Made by a program: the position numbers and the translations under genes. Shown in pieces: positions 41,090 through 53,859 of a DNA stretch of 64,000 bases (its first letter is position 1; each line of letters begins with the position of its first letter). The DNA is taken from contig CM052816.1 in NCBI GenBank assembly GCA_028534125.1, positions 8,434,001-8,498,000 of the forward strand, in the 5' to 3' direction. The notes below the pieces were generated by a model, which searched no databases, was not told the DNA's origin, and saw only the letters and a program-made list of their open reading frames with translations. The stretch comes from Lama glama (Eukaryota).

Positions 41090-41565
41090 TGTGGACCCAG
41101 CAATTCCACTCCTGGGCATACCCACAAGAGAAATAAAACATATATCTATACAAAGACTTGTACACTAATGTTTATAACAGCTCAAAGGTGAAAACAACCT
41201 AGAGTCCATCAACTAATAAATAGGTAAACAGAATGAGGTATAGCTATACAATGGAACATTATTCAGCCCCAAAAAAGGGGGATGAAGTTCTGATAGATGC
41301 TGCAATATGGATGAACCTTGAAAACATTATGCTGAGTGAAAGTAGTCAGATACAAAAGGCCTCATGTTGTATAATTCCATTGATATGAAATGTCCAGAAT
41401 AGGTAAATCCATAGAGAGAGAACGTAAATTAGTGGTTACCAGGGGATGAGAAAGCAGGTTAGTGGTAGGACCACGTAACAAATATACTAAAAACTACTGA
41501 ATTGCATGCTTTAAAATTGTGACTTTTATGTTATGTGAATTATATCTCAATAAAAACTATTATTA
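41090..41565 (+). mobile_element. L1MB-type 3' end with TSD
   Basis: gacccagcaattccactcctgggcatac...gaattatatctcaataaaa, flanked by aaatcacct(g/a)tg at about 41082 and 41565. Confidence 0.85.
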
Positions 41566-42818
41566 AATCACCTATGAGTTGAGTCACCTAACTTTTCAAA
41601 GCTTTTCCGTTTTCTCTTCTATGAAATGTGGATCTTGGAGTAGACATTACTCTAAATATACAGATCTAACCGATTCTTCTAGAGGTTCTTTGGCAAGACT
41701 CGTGGTCAGGAATGGAGAGTTCAGCCATTCCTGGTCAGTCCCGCATCACTCTGAGCCCATCTAGGGTCATGGATCCAGGAGTGTTAGACACATATTGTTC
41801 AACTTTCTTATTTTGTTGTTAGGAAAATCAACAGAGCCTTGAGAGAGGACAGGGCTTTTTCAATATCATAGAATGAGTCAGTGGCAGTGTTGAGCCTACA
41901 ATCCTGTTTTCGTGTTTCAAGTAAAACATGTTCTTTTTCCGGCTGAACTACAAAAAGCAGTGCATTCTGGTAACCCCTGCTCCCAATGAAAGAAGCTTCA
42001 AATTTCCTTCCACTGACATCTGCCATCAGGCACCTTAAAGAGGCATGTGATCTGCTGCAAATACCAGCTTATCTGTACCTACTCAACAATGAGGGCTGAA
42101 GTTTTTTAAACAGGCTTTACTTCCTCATTCTGGCTTATTGTAAATGAGGTGAAAGTAGGTTTCCTGCAAAACAGTTGCTTATGTTCCCAACCAGAACTAA
42201 GCCTGAGCTGGGATCTTTTGGAGTTTTTTAAAGGGGTAAATTTTCACTCCTAGCCTCAAAGAGCATAGATTTGATGACCGTGCAAATGTGTAGAAATAAC
42301 ATAGCCTAAAATCTAGAAACTCCCATTGAAATGGAAGCAAATCAATAATTCGGTGGTTCCAAGTAGGAAAAGAGTCTCGCAGGGGCAAGAATCCGTGGAA
42401 GGAGTGGCCTTTGGACTGGGTGGTAAGGGACAGGCAGAGGACACAGCAAGAACAAAGAGGCAAAAGCCAGAGGGAATAGAAAATACTAGGGTGGAACTTA
42501 GAGCATGTGTAGAGAAATTGTGCAAAACCCAGAAGGAAGGGGTATTAGGGCCAAATTTGGAGTGCTGTCAATGTCAGGATTTGAAAAGATTACTTAATTT
42601 TTGAGGGGTGGGGTAGGAGTTAGGACAGCCTCATAAACTGTGATGTAGCCTTGGAGAGCAAAATCAGCATCATTTATCCAAATCCTCAGATAGCTGCAAG
42701 CTCTTTGGGGCTGGAAATTCACTTCTAGGTGTTTTCACTAAGAAATATAAGGATGTTCATGACAGGACTGTTTGTAATACTAGAAAATTAGAAACAACAT
42801 CAGTATGTAACTGTGGAC

Positions 42819-43018
42819 CAGTGGTTCTCAATAGGGAGACCCCAGGGGACATTTGGAAATGTCTTGAGACATTTTTGATTGTCACAGCTTGAGGGGAGGT
42901 GCCATTAGCATCTAGTGGGTAGCAGCCAGGGATGTGCCAAATATCCTACAACGTACAGGGCAGCACCCACAACAAAGAGTTATTGGGCACTAAATGTCAA
43001 TAGTGTCAAGGTTGAGAA
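42819..43018 (+). mobile_element. MER20 (hAT-Charlie)
   Basis: cagtggttctcaa...ggacatttggaaatgtcttgagacatttttgattgtcac...aaatgtcaatagtgtcaaggttgagaa. Confidence 0.85.
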
Positions 43019-43170
43019 TATATATTTACAACATGTATTTACCAGGAAAAGACTTTAAAATATACAAAAAATACTGGCAATGGTAATGTCTGGAATTATG
43101 TTTGATTTCAGTTTTTTTCCTTTGTGTCTTCTGGTATTTTCTAAATCTTAATCAGAAATGTGTAGGACTT

Positions 43171-43564
43171 TGTATTAGTCAGGGATCCCCGGATAATTGG
43201 CTCATGTGGTTATGGAGGTTGAGAAGTCCCACAACTAGCTGTCTGCAAGGTGGAGAACCCGGAAACCTGGTGGTGTAACTCAGTCTGAGTCCGAGGGGCA
43301 AAGGTGTAAGTCCTGGCCTGCATCGGAGAACCAGGAGTGCCAATGTTCCAAAGGCAGGGGAAGATGGATGTCCCAGCTCAAGCAGAGGGCCATGATGCCC
43401 TTCCCCCACTTTTGGTTCTATTCAGTCCCATCACAGGATGCCCACCTGTATTGGTGAAGATGATCTTCATAACTTAGTCTACTCATTCAAATGCTAATCT
43501 CTGGAAACACTCTTATTTGACAAGCCCAGAAATAGTGTTTTACCAGCTGTCTGGGCATCCCTTA
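43171..43564 (-). mobile_element. MLT2-type (ERVL) LTR, cut by the gap
   Basis: tgtattagtcaggg...ggctcatgtggttatggaggttgagaagtcccac...ttcaaatgctaatctctggaaacac...tctgggcatccctta. Confidence 0.75.
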
Positions 43565-44064
43565 NNNNNNNNNNNNNNNNNNNNNNNNNNNNNNNNNNNN
43601 NNNNNNNNNNNNNNNNNNNNNNNNNNNNNNNNNNNNNNNNNNNNNNNNNNNNNNNNNNNNNNNNNNNNNNNNNNNNNNNNNNNNNNNNNNNNNNNNNNNN
43701 NNNNNNNNNNNNNNNNNNNNNNNNNNNNNNNNNNNNNNNNNNNNNNNNNNNNNNNNNNNNNNNNNNNNNNNNNNNNNNNNNNNNNNNNNNNNNNNNNNNN
43801 NNNNNNNNNNNNNNNNNNNNNNNNNNNNNNNNNNNNNNNNNNNNNNNNNNNNNNNNNNNNNNNNNNNNNNNNNNNNNNNNNNNNNNNNNNNNNNNNNNNN
43901 NNNNNNNNNNNNNNNNNNNNNNNNNNNNNNNNNNNNNNNNNNNNNNNNNNNNNNNNNNNNNNNNNNNNNNNNNNNNNNNNNNNNNNNNNNNNNNNNNNNN
44001 NNNNNNNNNNNNNNNNNNNNNNNNNNNNNNNNNNNNNNNNNNNNNNNNNNNNNNNNNNNNNNNN
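43565..44064. other. assembly gap (500 N), probably hiding the PDE6A promoter and exon 1
   Basis: Run of N. It cuts an LTR on its left side, and PDE6A exon 1 is not found elsewhere upstream of exon 2. Confidence 0.9.
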
Positions 44065-44777
44065 CTTCCTCAGAGAGACCCTCCCAGATCCCTGTTAGTC
44101 TTCTTCCTGAAAACATTTATCACAATAAACCCTGGAGGCCAGGGACCATGCTTGCCTTATTCTCTGCTTTATCTCAGGACCCAGGACCCAGCAAAGGTCT
44201 GGCACAAAGCAGATGCTCAGCAAACACTTGGAAAAAAGACTCACAATCAACTAATTATCCGATAATCCCTTTAACACCTGTTCACCTGAAAGTTTGCCCC
44301 AAGCAAGGCCCACGTTGGTCTCATTCATTGCTGCACTGGCCAAACCAGGAGCCTGTGTTGCCATTTCCAAGATCCAAGCTGGACATGTTGTGACTTTGTG
44401 TTCACCTTACCTCTGACGTTATTTCAGATTAAGGGTCTTAGGGTTAAAAGGAGGAGAGGGAGGGGGCTTGAGAGACCACCTCACCCAGCTGACTCGGACG
44501 AGAAGCCTTGAGTCAGATCTTGAAACGGAGCTTGCCCAAAGCCACCAAGGAGTTAGAGCAGAGCCAGGACTTCATGTCCACAGATGCGGGAATTCATCTT
44601 GGGTTCCTTGGAAAGATAAGCAGCACAGACTTGGGCCTTTGTGGGAAATGGTTTCCTTTGCAACATGCTGGGCTGGGTCTCCCGTGGGAGTCATCTCTCC
44701 TTGGACATCCAAGGGTAGGGGTAATGATTCTGCACCTGGGGGTGGGGTGCTTCACTGAGGACTCGTCCAACTGCATC

Positions 44778-45265
44778 TGTTACCGAGTCCAAGCTTGTAT
44801 TGCTTGCCACGAGACAGGCCAGTAAGTTGAGGGACAAGCTGTTGGGGTAAGGCATGGTGACTATTTGGAAAGCCAGCAGACTGAGAAGCGGATGGACTAG
44901 TGTCGCAAAGAAACATCCTGCCTGAGTTAGAATTTATTCTTCTTTTATACTAAAAGAGGAGGGAGTAAAGTCAAACATTTCCTGGTTCTGGTCAGCCTCT
45001 GGAGGGGATGTGTGTTAATTTCTTCCTGCCTGCAGTCATTCAAGGTGGCCCTGGTCAGGATGTTTCTCGTGAGCTAAAAAGGTATTTTAGCTTAACACTC
45101 ATTCTGTGGGAGGCAGGGTTCCCAGAGATTTGGCCATTATGTATGATTTAAGCTTATAGGCAACATCCTTTTAGTGATTAACTTGTAGCAAAAGCAATAG
45201 AATGCAAAGGTTAAAGTAAAAGAAACAGATCCAACATGGAGTCAGAATTGTTCTTCCCTGTTACA
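44778..45265 (-). mobile_element. solo ERV1-type LTR (488 bp)
   Basis: TGTTAC...TTACA termini, near-TSD catc/catt, and minus-strand TATA GTATAAAAG at about 44942-44950. Confidence 0.75.
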
Positions 45266-46429
45266 CATTGAAATCTGTTCTTCCTTCAGCTCTCTGTAGA
45301 CTTTCACTGTAGCTGACATGGATTGTCAGAGTCCTGTGACATATGTCTGATTATCCCCATTATACAGACAATGAAACTGAAACCCAGAAAGGTTAGGGAA
45401 CTTGCTCAGAGTCACACAGATAGAAAGTGGCAGAGCAAGGATTTGAACTCGGGCCCTATAGCCTGGTGCCCATGGCCTTCACTGCTCTGCTATTGTACAC
45501 CTCCTCTTTATCTATAAAATGAGGGCATTACTCTCAGTGCAGTTTACAAAAGGTCATTTCAAATTATGTGGCAGGAAGTTAAGATGTTACACTTTGAAGT
45601 TAGACCTGGGTGTGAATCATAACACAGTCATTTTCTAAGAACACGGCCTTGGCAAATTGCTTTGTCTGTTTGGGCTCACTTCCTTATCTATAAAATAGAG
45701 TGAGAATAGCTAAGTTTCTCTAGGTGGTGTTGTAGGGTTAAATGAGAGATTTATTTCTTATCAAGCAAAGCTCTTGGCACAGTGTAATAGTTCACACTGG
45801 CAGCTCCTGCTTCTAGTTACTATTATTGCTGTTCTGTTGCCGCTGCTAAGGATCTATTTATTCCAAGCAATGGACACTCTACCAGATCCGCAGCCAGTCT
45901 CACCCTCCTGGAGCTTTCAGTTTAGAGTCTATTTATGGGAAAAACAGAAAACAGAGGTGCTGAAAACTTCCGTGGTGCCTGCTGTTGAGGGACTGAGGAT
46001 TCAGAAAGGTTCTCTGATTCTAAAACTTCCGCAAGAGTTTGCTGAGCCCCTGTGCTAAGGGACAGCCTGCTGTTCCCTGCTCAACCCAAGTTCACTCTGG
46101 AAATGTTGGCTGTGCTTTCCTGGAAGCTTCTGGGCCGGGCAGTCACCCTGGAGGGTGCCTCAGGCCTGGAGTAAAGTCAGTCCAGGCCAGCAATCCTGTG
46201 TCCTCCACATTCGCATGTGTTTGCTTCTCCTGTCATTCCTCCTTGAGAAATCATGCTCTGTTCCAGGCTTTGGACAGTGAGTGACTCAGAGGGTAGAAGG
46301 AGAAGGTGCAGAAACATGGTATAGACTGGGGTCTGAATTGTCCTTGAGCCACCAAGAAGTGACTCTCTTAGCCTTTAGTGCCCTCAAAATACCTGGGAAA
46401 TGGCTATAATTACTGCATTTTAAAAATGT

Positions 46430-46510
46430 GAAACTAACTATGTTGTACACCAGAAATTAATACAACATTGTAAATAGACTATACTTCAATCAAAAAGAAA
46501 AAAAAAAAAG
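46430..46510 (+). mobile_element. short L1 3'-end insertion
   Basis: tgttgtacaccagaaattaatacaacattgtaaatagactatacttcaat plus poly(A); the same 3' end as the L1 at 14751-15490. Confidence 0.75.
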
Positions 46511-46608
46511 TGGAACCATGAATGGAGTTTCCCAGGGTTGTAATGTGGTTCCCCACACTCTAGAAATTCCTATTTATCCTTGGGATCTCCTCAGGGAGAT
46601 TTGTCATT

Positions 46609-47388
46609 AGGGCTGATAAAATACAAGATGCCAGTTAAATCTGAATTTTAGATAAACCAAGAGTAATATCTTAGTACGTGTTTTGTGCCCATTTCAGCCT
46701 GTCAATAATCAATGTTGTGGATGAACCAGCCCTTGTGGTTCTTATTATGAATGCAAGATATCCTTCAGCAGTAATCATCAGGAAACTTTGAAAAAATAAA
46801 AGTTTATTACTTATAAGACTTGGGAATTCCTCGGCACACCTGGGGTCACACAGCAAGGTCTCCGGTAGAGAGACAGAGAGCAGGCTCAGGCATAGGGCTC
46901 TTATTGGGGTCGAAGGTGGGGGGCTAAGATTTCACAGGCTCAGTCTTTATTGGTAAAGTTAAAACATAAGAGCAGGAGTTTAAATCATGGGAAGAGAAAA
47001 CCAAAAACCAGAAAAACTAAACCAAAAACTAAACCCTGAGCCCAAAAGATCAGTTATCAAAATCAGCCAAGATCTTGAAAACATAGAAGCCTCAGCGGGA
47101 GGAGGTGGCAGGGCTCTTTATCCAGTCACCCCACGGCTGACAGTGTGTTCATTTGAAATCGTCAGACAGCTCTTTGAAGAGGATGCTCCGCGATCTAAGC
47201 TTAAGTCATACACTTACATTACAAAAATGAAAAACAAAAAACAAACAAAAAACTACAAAAAGCTGTCAGGTTCACACTACAGTATGCCTCATACAATATT
47301 CAGGACATATTCCTACTAAAAAATTATTTACCTGAAATTCAAATTTAACTAGTCATCCTGTGTTTATCTGTTACATCTGGCAACCCTA
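46609..47388. mobile_element. palindromic hAT MITE (MER53-like) split by an LTR at about 46713-47223
   Basis: Left arm gataaaatacaagatgccagttaaatctgaattttagataaac and inverted right arm cctgaaattcaaatttaactagtcatcctgtg...tctggcaacccta, with a TG...CA LTR-like insert between them. Confidence 0.7.
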
Positions 47389-47578
47389 CTTGCCATTCAG
47401 TATTTGTTCGTGTATTTATCCTTTACCCTTTCTCCTTAGGAACGCCCAGGAGGCCTGTCTGTTCCTGTTTGTCTTATTCACCACTGGTCCCCAGACCTAG
47501 TCCCGTGCTGGGGACAGAGTGGGCACTCATTGCAGATTACTGAGCGAATGAATAAATGATGGCCCTCACGCAGTGGGC

Positions 47579-48400
47579 TGTGATATTGTGATTTATAAAG
47601 GGAAATATTTATTGGTCTTCGTCCTGGTTCCTGGCACAGAACTGACCCTGACACAGCGCTTCTAAATCCCTTGGAATTTCCTGGGGGGTAGGTGGTCTTT
47701 TGTTCTAATGAGGGGACTCTCGGTAGGCTCCTGGATAGGGGACCAAAAAGATCAAGTCATGATTGGACACTTGGAACTTTCAGCCTCATCTCCTATCCTC
47801 TTAAGAGCAGAGAGGGGCTGGAAATGGAGTTAATAATAGATCTTGCCTTTGTGATGAAATCTCCATAAAAATCCCTAAAAGTACAGGCTTCAGAGAGCTT
47901 CTGTGTTGAACACACACGTGTGCTGGGAGGGTGGTGCACCTCATCTTCAGTGGGACAGAAACTCCTGCACTTAGGGTCCTTCTGGATCTCACCTGATGTG
48001 TCTCTCGATCTGACGGTTCATCTGTATCCTTTGTCATACCCTTCATTATATAATAAGTCTGAAATGTAAATATTTCCCTGAGTTCCATGAATTCTTCTAA
48101 GAAATTATTAAACCCAAGGAGGAGGCCATTGGAACTTCAGCTGATAGTCAGAGTATAGATGGCAGCCTGGGACCTGTGATTGGCACCTGAAGTGGGGGCA
48201 GTCTTATGGGACTGAGCCCTTCACCTGTAGGTTCTGATTCTGCAGGAACAGTGTCAGAACTGAACTGAATTGGTGGATACCCAGCTGGTGTCAGAGAACT
48301 GGTCAGTGTGAGAAAAAACACCTTTGTATCCAGTTTCAGAAGGGTCGTGCATGTGGTGCTAGGTGTGAGAGTCAAGGGAAACAGTGAGTCTTTCCTAGAC
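47579..48400 (+). mobile_element. MER21-type LTR
   Basis: Starts tgtgatattgtgatttataaagggaaatatttattggtcttcgtcc...cctggcacaga...cccttggaatttcc and ends ...ctagaca. Confidence 0.75.
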
Positions 48401-51345
48401 ACCGACAAATCCCACTTTTGAAGACTGAATCTGAGAGCAACACCGTTTCCAGAGACTCTTCCATCTGTTGTCCTGCTCTGCTTCCTTCCCTGTGAGACTT
48501 GGACCCCAGCAGGCTAGACCAGAAAGAGACCTCCAGGACGACCTGCTCCAACACTCTGATTTTACCAAAGGAGAAACAGGCTCAGTGAGGTTTCAGCTAC
48601 TGACAATGTACTGATTGGCTCCTGAAGCCACTCATAGAATAAGTCCCTCCCTCCCTGGGCCCCAGGGTATCACCCATCCTTTGGGGGCCTCCTTCACATT
48701 ATGGTTTGAGCTGTGAGTTCATGTTTTACATGATGTTCCCACTATACAGTGATAACCCAGTGAGGACAGCCTCACCTTTCTTACTGGTCTTGGCATATCC
48801 AGTGTCTCTCCCAGAGCCAGTGCTCAGTAAATATAAGTGAGTGAATGAACCAGTGTATCAGTGAATAAATTAATGAATGAATGGAGTGGCTGTGCCATTT
48901 GCCAGCAAGAGAATTGTCCATAAAACATGAAGGATGAGAGTTCTATGTGACAAGGCAGATGTGAGAGTTAATGAGTGGTCCGGCTCTGGGCCTAGTCTAT
49001 GATTATTCAATAAATAGGTCTCATCATGGGACACAATGGAGCTTGGCACTGCGAATGTTTGAAAAGAGGAATTGGGGTTTCCAGGACTGAGAAGCAGTCT
49101 TCCATTATGTTGGAATGAAATCGCTACTCTTTACAGCGGCCTCCAAGGTCCTGCTCGATAGGGCCCTCTGCCCACTTCTGGGACTTCCTTGCCCTCTGCT
49201 GTCCCACGACCCTGGTCTTCTTTCTGTTTTTCCGATCGACCAGCTCATTGCCCCCTCCTGGCCTTTGCATTCTCTGTGCCCCCTGTGCTCTGTGCATATC
49301 CTTCACCTGCCTGGCTCCTCTCACCCTCCAGCTCTCTGTGTCACCCACCATGACTGACCAGAGCAGCTTCAAGCCGCCACCTCCTCCACCAATTTTATAC
49401 AACATCATTCAGTTTCTCTCCTGCAGAGCAGCTGGGCACTTGCTTTTTGTCTACCTATCCCATCTGAATGGAGGCTTCACCAGGGAAAGATGCTCACCCC
49501 TCTTGTTCACTGCCATAACCTAAGGGTCTAGAACAGTGCCTAGCATACCTGAGACGGCATTCTGTTAATGCTAACTGAATGAATGCATGACTTTGGGCTT
49601 TCCCCGGGGACATCTGAGTCCTGGGCTTTAAAACAAACATTTTGAGCTAAATGGCCTCTGAGGCCCCTCTGCCCCGATAATCCGAGCTTCTATGACATGG
49701 TTGTTTAGAACACTTTATACGCTGAAAACATAAGGATGACAATGATTATGTAAATGCCAGTCAATTGGCAGCCGTACTATTTGTGAGAAAGTTACAGGGC
49801 TGAGAACACAAGTGGGAGAGAGGGTTCTGGTGGATTTAGTAATCTTGGCCTCAGATGCAGGCAAGGCCCAAGTCTTGCTTTCCCTGACAGGAGTGAATAT
49901 TACAAGACTGAACTGACTTCATGAAACGAATCTGAGTGTGCCCCACCCAGACCTGTGTTTAGGGATTGTCAGTGTCTTTAGAGAGTGACGTGGAAAACCC
50001 TTGTGGCTAATGCCTCTTTAGAGATTCTGCTTAATCCTCCAATGCTAATTCAAGTACAGCGCTACAGGCGTCTCTCAATCTCTTTACCCTTCACCTGGTC
50101 TGAGACAGCTTCACGGACAACAGCGCTGTGGCCTGTTTGTTTAATCCCACTCCAGCTGGAAGAAATCCGCAGATGCAAAGCACCATGCTCTGAATTTCTG
50201 AATTATGGGGAAGATTCCACACAGCCGGTTCTAGCAAAGCTCTGTCAATTGGCTCTATGAAATACACTTTCCTTCTCAGAGAGGCACAAACTGTACATGT
50301 CTGGGTTGGCTTGTGTCCCAAGCAATGCTGACAGTTGGGAAACCTCACAGTGCTACCAGGAAACAAGAAGGTGGATTCTTTTGGATTTAAGACAACAGTT
50401 CAGGCTCTGTCTCCTTTTTTTGACCACCCAGACTGCACCGCCCTACTCTGGCCTCCAAGTTTGCCTTAGGGGTGGGATGTGGGGGTGTGGGCTCCTCTGT
50501 ACTCCCACTGCTTTGAGCCAACCCCTGTGTCCTCTGTTACTAGTACTGATTCGTCTGTGTGCTGGCCTGAATCTTACTCTCCCCTGTGTCCACAGCGCTT
50601 AGCTTAAGGTCTGACAGATAGTTAAGACTTGTGGAATGGGGCTATCCATTGAACTGGCTGCATAGTGCTGGAACTGCATTGTGAGAAAAGCTGAAAGGAA
50701 CAAATTCTTTTGCTCAATGACCTGGAGCCAGGTCTACCCTTTTCCAGGCTTCCCTGAAAGGCAGCAGAGCTGAGGGCAGGTTCTGGAATCACATACACAC
50801 ACATGTAACAAGTAACGTTAACCTTTTTGAGTTTCAGCTTCCCCTTCTGTAAGGTGGACTGCTCACGGTCCCACCTCACAGGTGCCGGGGAGGACTGAAG
50901 TGAGCTGATGCAGGCGAAGCTTCACGCACAGTGCCTGCCAGAAACTGTGATGATTATACTCGCTACAGTCTTTTCCTCACTCAAGTTTCTATTTGGGGCT
51001 TAAACGTCATTACCTCAAGAGAGCTTTCTCGAAAACTTCCTCGCATGCAAAGTCAACCCCACCCCATCTTGGGCCCCTACTGTGCATTGTTCAAATCGCC
51101 TCCACGGCCCTCAGCAGGCTGTATCTCAGACTTCTTTCCACTGGATTTTGAGGGCCCAGGGGAGAAATCATCTCTAATCGCCTTGCCCCCTGCTAAAGGG
51201 GGGGGTGGAAATGTCTTCATTCTTTTGTCAACAAGAGAATAGCAAGCCCCTCGCCCCACCCCTACCATGGGCACCTCGGGCTCTGGGTTGTTCTAGTGTC
51301 TTTGCGCTTCATCTGCCCACCCACGCTTGTCTCTGCCTCTTCCAG

Positions 51346-51498
51346 GATGAGCATTTCTGTGACTTCGTGGACACCCTCACAGAGTACCAGACCAAGAACA
51401 TCTTGGCTTCCCCCATAATGAATGGGAAGGACGTGGTGGCCATAATCATGGCGGTGAATAAAGTGGATGGGCCCTGCTTCACCGAGAGAGATGAAGAG
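51346..51498 (+). CDS. PDE6A: Rod cGMP phosphodiesterase 6 alpha, exon 2 (GAF-A)
   Basis: ctcttccAG|GAT...GAG|GTAAGA, 153 nt: [51 protein letters not shown] (GAF NK..F...DE motif). Confidence 0.96.
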
Positions 51499-51819
51499 GT
51501 AAGAATGCTTTAGAAACTGCTGGGGTGGCCATGCTAGCAACATTCTCCCAGCTCACAAAGTCCTTTGACCCTTGCTACTTGGCCTGGCCTCGGTATCCCC
51601 AACTTTAAGACAAAGGGGTTACTCTGATGCTCTCTGAGGGAGGCAGAACAGGATAATTGTTAAGATGTTGGGCTTTGAAATGTAGGGATGATTGTTCTGG
51701 CTCTCCTAATACCTAGCTTTGACTTGGGAATGTTATATAATTTCTCTGAACTTCAGTTTTCTTATTTGTAAAATGGGGACGATTTTATAGTATCTTTATG
51801 TAGAGTATCTATGTATCTC

Positions 51820-51910
51820 TTTTTCCATTTTTTAATGGAAGGACTAGGGATCGAACCCAGGACCTCGTGCATGATAAACGTGCACTCTGCTGCTGAGCTG
51901 AATCCACCTC
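51820..51910 (-). mobile_element. camelid Vic-1-type SINE inserted in a MIR, with TSD
   Basis: gggatcgaacccaggacctcgtgcatg...tgctgagct, flanked by tagagtatctat (51801) and tagactatctat (51911). Confidence 0.8.
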
Positions 51911-52211
51911 TAGACTATCTATATTATCTCTTGAGGTACTTGTGATGATCAGATAACACACATAAATAATTATCATGGGGACTGAAAACTCAACAAAAAG
52001 TAGCAATAGTCATGTACATATGCCTGTCAACTTGACATTCTACATTCTGTGAGTTTTACACTCTAATAACGCAACATTGTATGAGTCAGCATCCCATTAT
52101 CCACCTGCTCAAATTGCATGAAAATAACTCAGATATTTGCAGATGGTAGAAGCGGCCAGAGGAGGGATTTCTCCTTCTCATCTGTTTCTCTTCTTGCTGT
52201 TTGATTTTCAG

Positions 52212-52301
52212 ATTCTTCTTAAGTATCTCAATTTTGCAAATCTAATCATGAAGGTGTTTCACCTGAGTTACCTGCACAACTGTGAGACTCGGCGTGGCCA
52301 G
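52212..52301 (+). CDS. PDE6A: PDE6A exon 3
   Basis: ttttcAG|ATT...CAG|GTAAGG, 90 nt: [30 protein letters not shown]. Confidence 0.96.
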
Positions 52302-52877
52302 GTAAGGGGCTTGGCTCAAGGGAATGGGCTGGATGTGTCCTTTCACTGAGGTACTGATGTGGTCAACTGGAAAGGCAGTATTAACGAAAGTGCCTGGGAA
52401 CCATCGCACAGTCTCTGCCCAGCATCCCTAGTGTTAATGAGGTACTGGATGTTTGTAAAGCTGTATCCCAGATTACATGCACAAGGTTTCATGTCAGGCA
52501 GCTTGGATTTGATTCCCTGCTAAGCCATTTACTAGGTCTAAGACCCTGAGCAAATCACTTAACCTCTCCAAGTTTCAGTCTCCCCATTTGAAAAATGGGG
52601 ACAATTATGGTTCTACTCTCAAAAGATTATTGTCAAAAAAAAAAAGATCACTTTCTATAGTAAATGAGATAATGTATATAGAGCACTTGTGCTCAATCAA
52701 TGTTTATTATCTTTCTTATTAACCATCTATGAGATCAAAGAAATGAAGAGTTGGACCTAATATAAGCTGGCCAGTTATTCACCTCTCTGAACCTCAATAT
52801 CTCCATCTGTTAAATGGGGACAATTATTTTATCTCCTGGTTATTGTGAGCTGCAGCTCTGTGCCTCAAAAACGTTGA

Positions 52878-53078
<201 letters not shown>

Positions 53079-53859
53079 TAACTATATACCAGGTGGAGCC
53101 CAGGCTTGTGTCACAAATCCAGTTGCACAGGGAAGAGACTGGGAGGGTGTGGATGGTTGTGAAGACTTTTTCACAGGTCTTTTACACTGAGGAGAGGAGT
53201 ATCAACCTTTAACGGGGAAAAGTTAATCTAGGGCACAGCTGAGTAAAAACAACCTGTATCTTCCTTAGTCAGTTGGTGAAAAAAAAGCTAATGAGAGAAG
53301 AAGGTCTGATGAGGTGAGTGAGAAAGAATTTTCTATGTAGGGTGAAAGTCCAGAAAGAAGAAAGTTGCCAACTTCTGGAATTCTCAGAAAATGCACTCAA
53401 AGGTGGGTGTAAACCTTTCGCATGGTTTGTCTAGCCCAGGGCAGCTGCTTAGATCTGGTCCCTCAGAATGCTCCGCGGCCACGCTAGCTAAGGAGGCAGA
53501 GACCCAGACGGCGCCCACCAATGTGCCTTCAGCTAGCATTTCCCAAACAGACTCTCCCATTGCTCTTCCTCTCCATGCCTTTGCCTCCTGGAGCTAATCA
53601 TTGTCTGCCTTGGAACAGAGTTCCAGAGTTACCTAGCTTTGCGATTCCTCTCCCAACCAGTTTCATTCTGTGTATGCTTTGTCGTGCCGAGTATGGTGCA
53701 CTGCCTGATGGGGAGCCTCCAAATACGTGGTCGAATGAAGAAATGAATTGCAGAATCAGGGGATTGGAAAAGACCTCAGGTCTAGCCCAGGGGCTCCCAA
53801 ATGTGATAGCGAATCAGAATCTTCTGAGGAACTGTTTAAAAATTGCTGGGCTACATGAT

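Noticed and set aside
43517..44116. 193 aa and 184 aa ORFs
   Set aside because: They consist almost entirely of N-gap codons.
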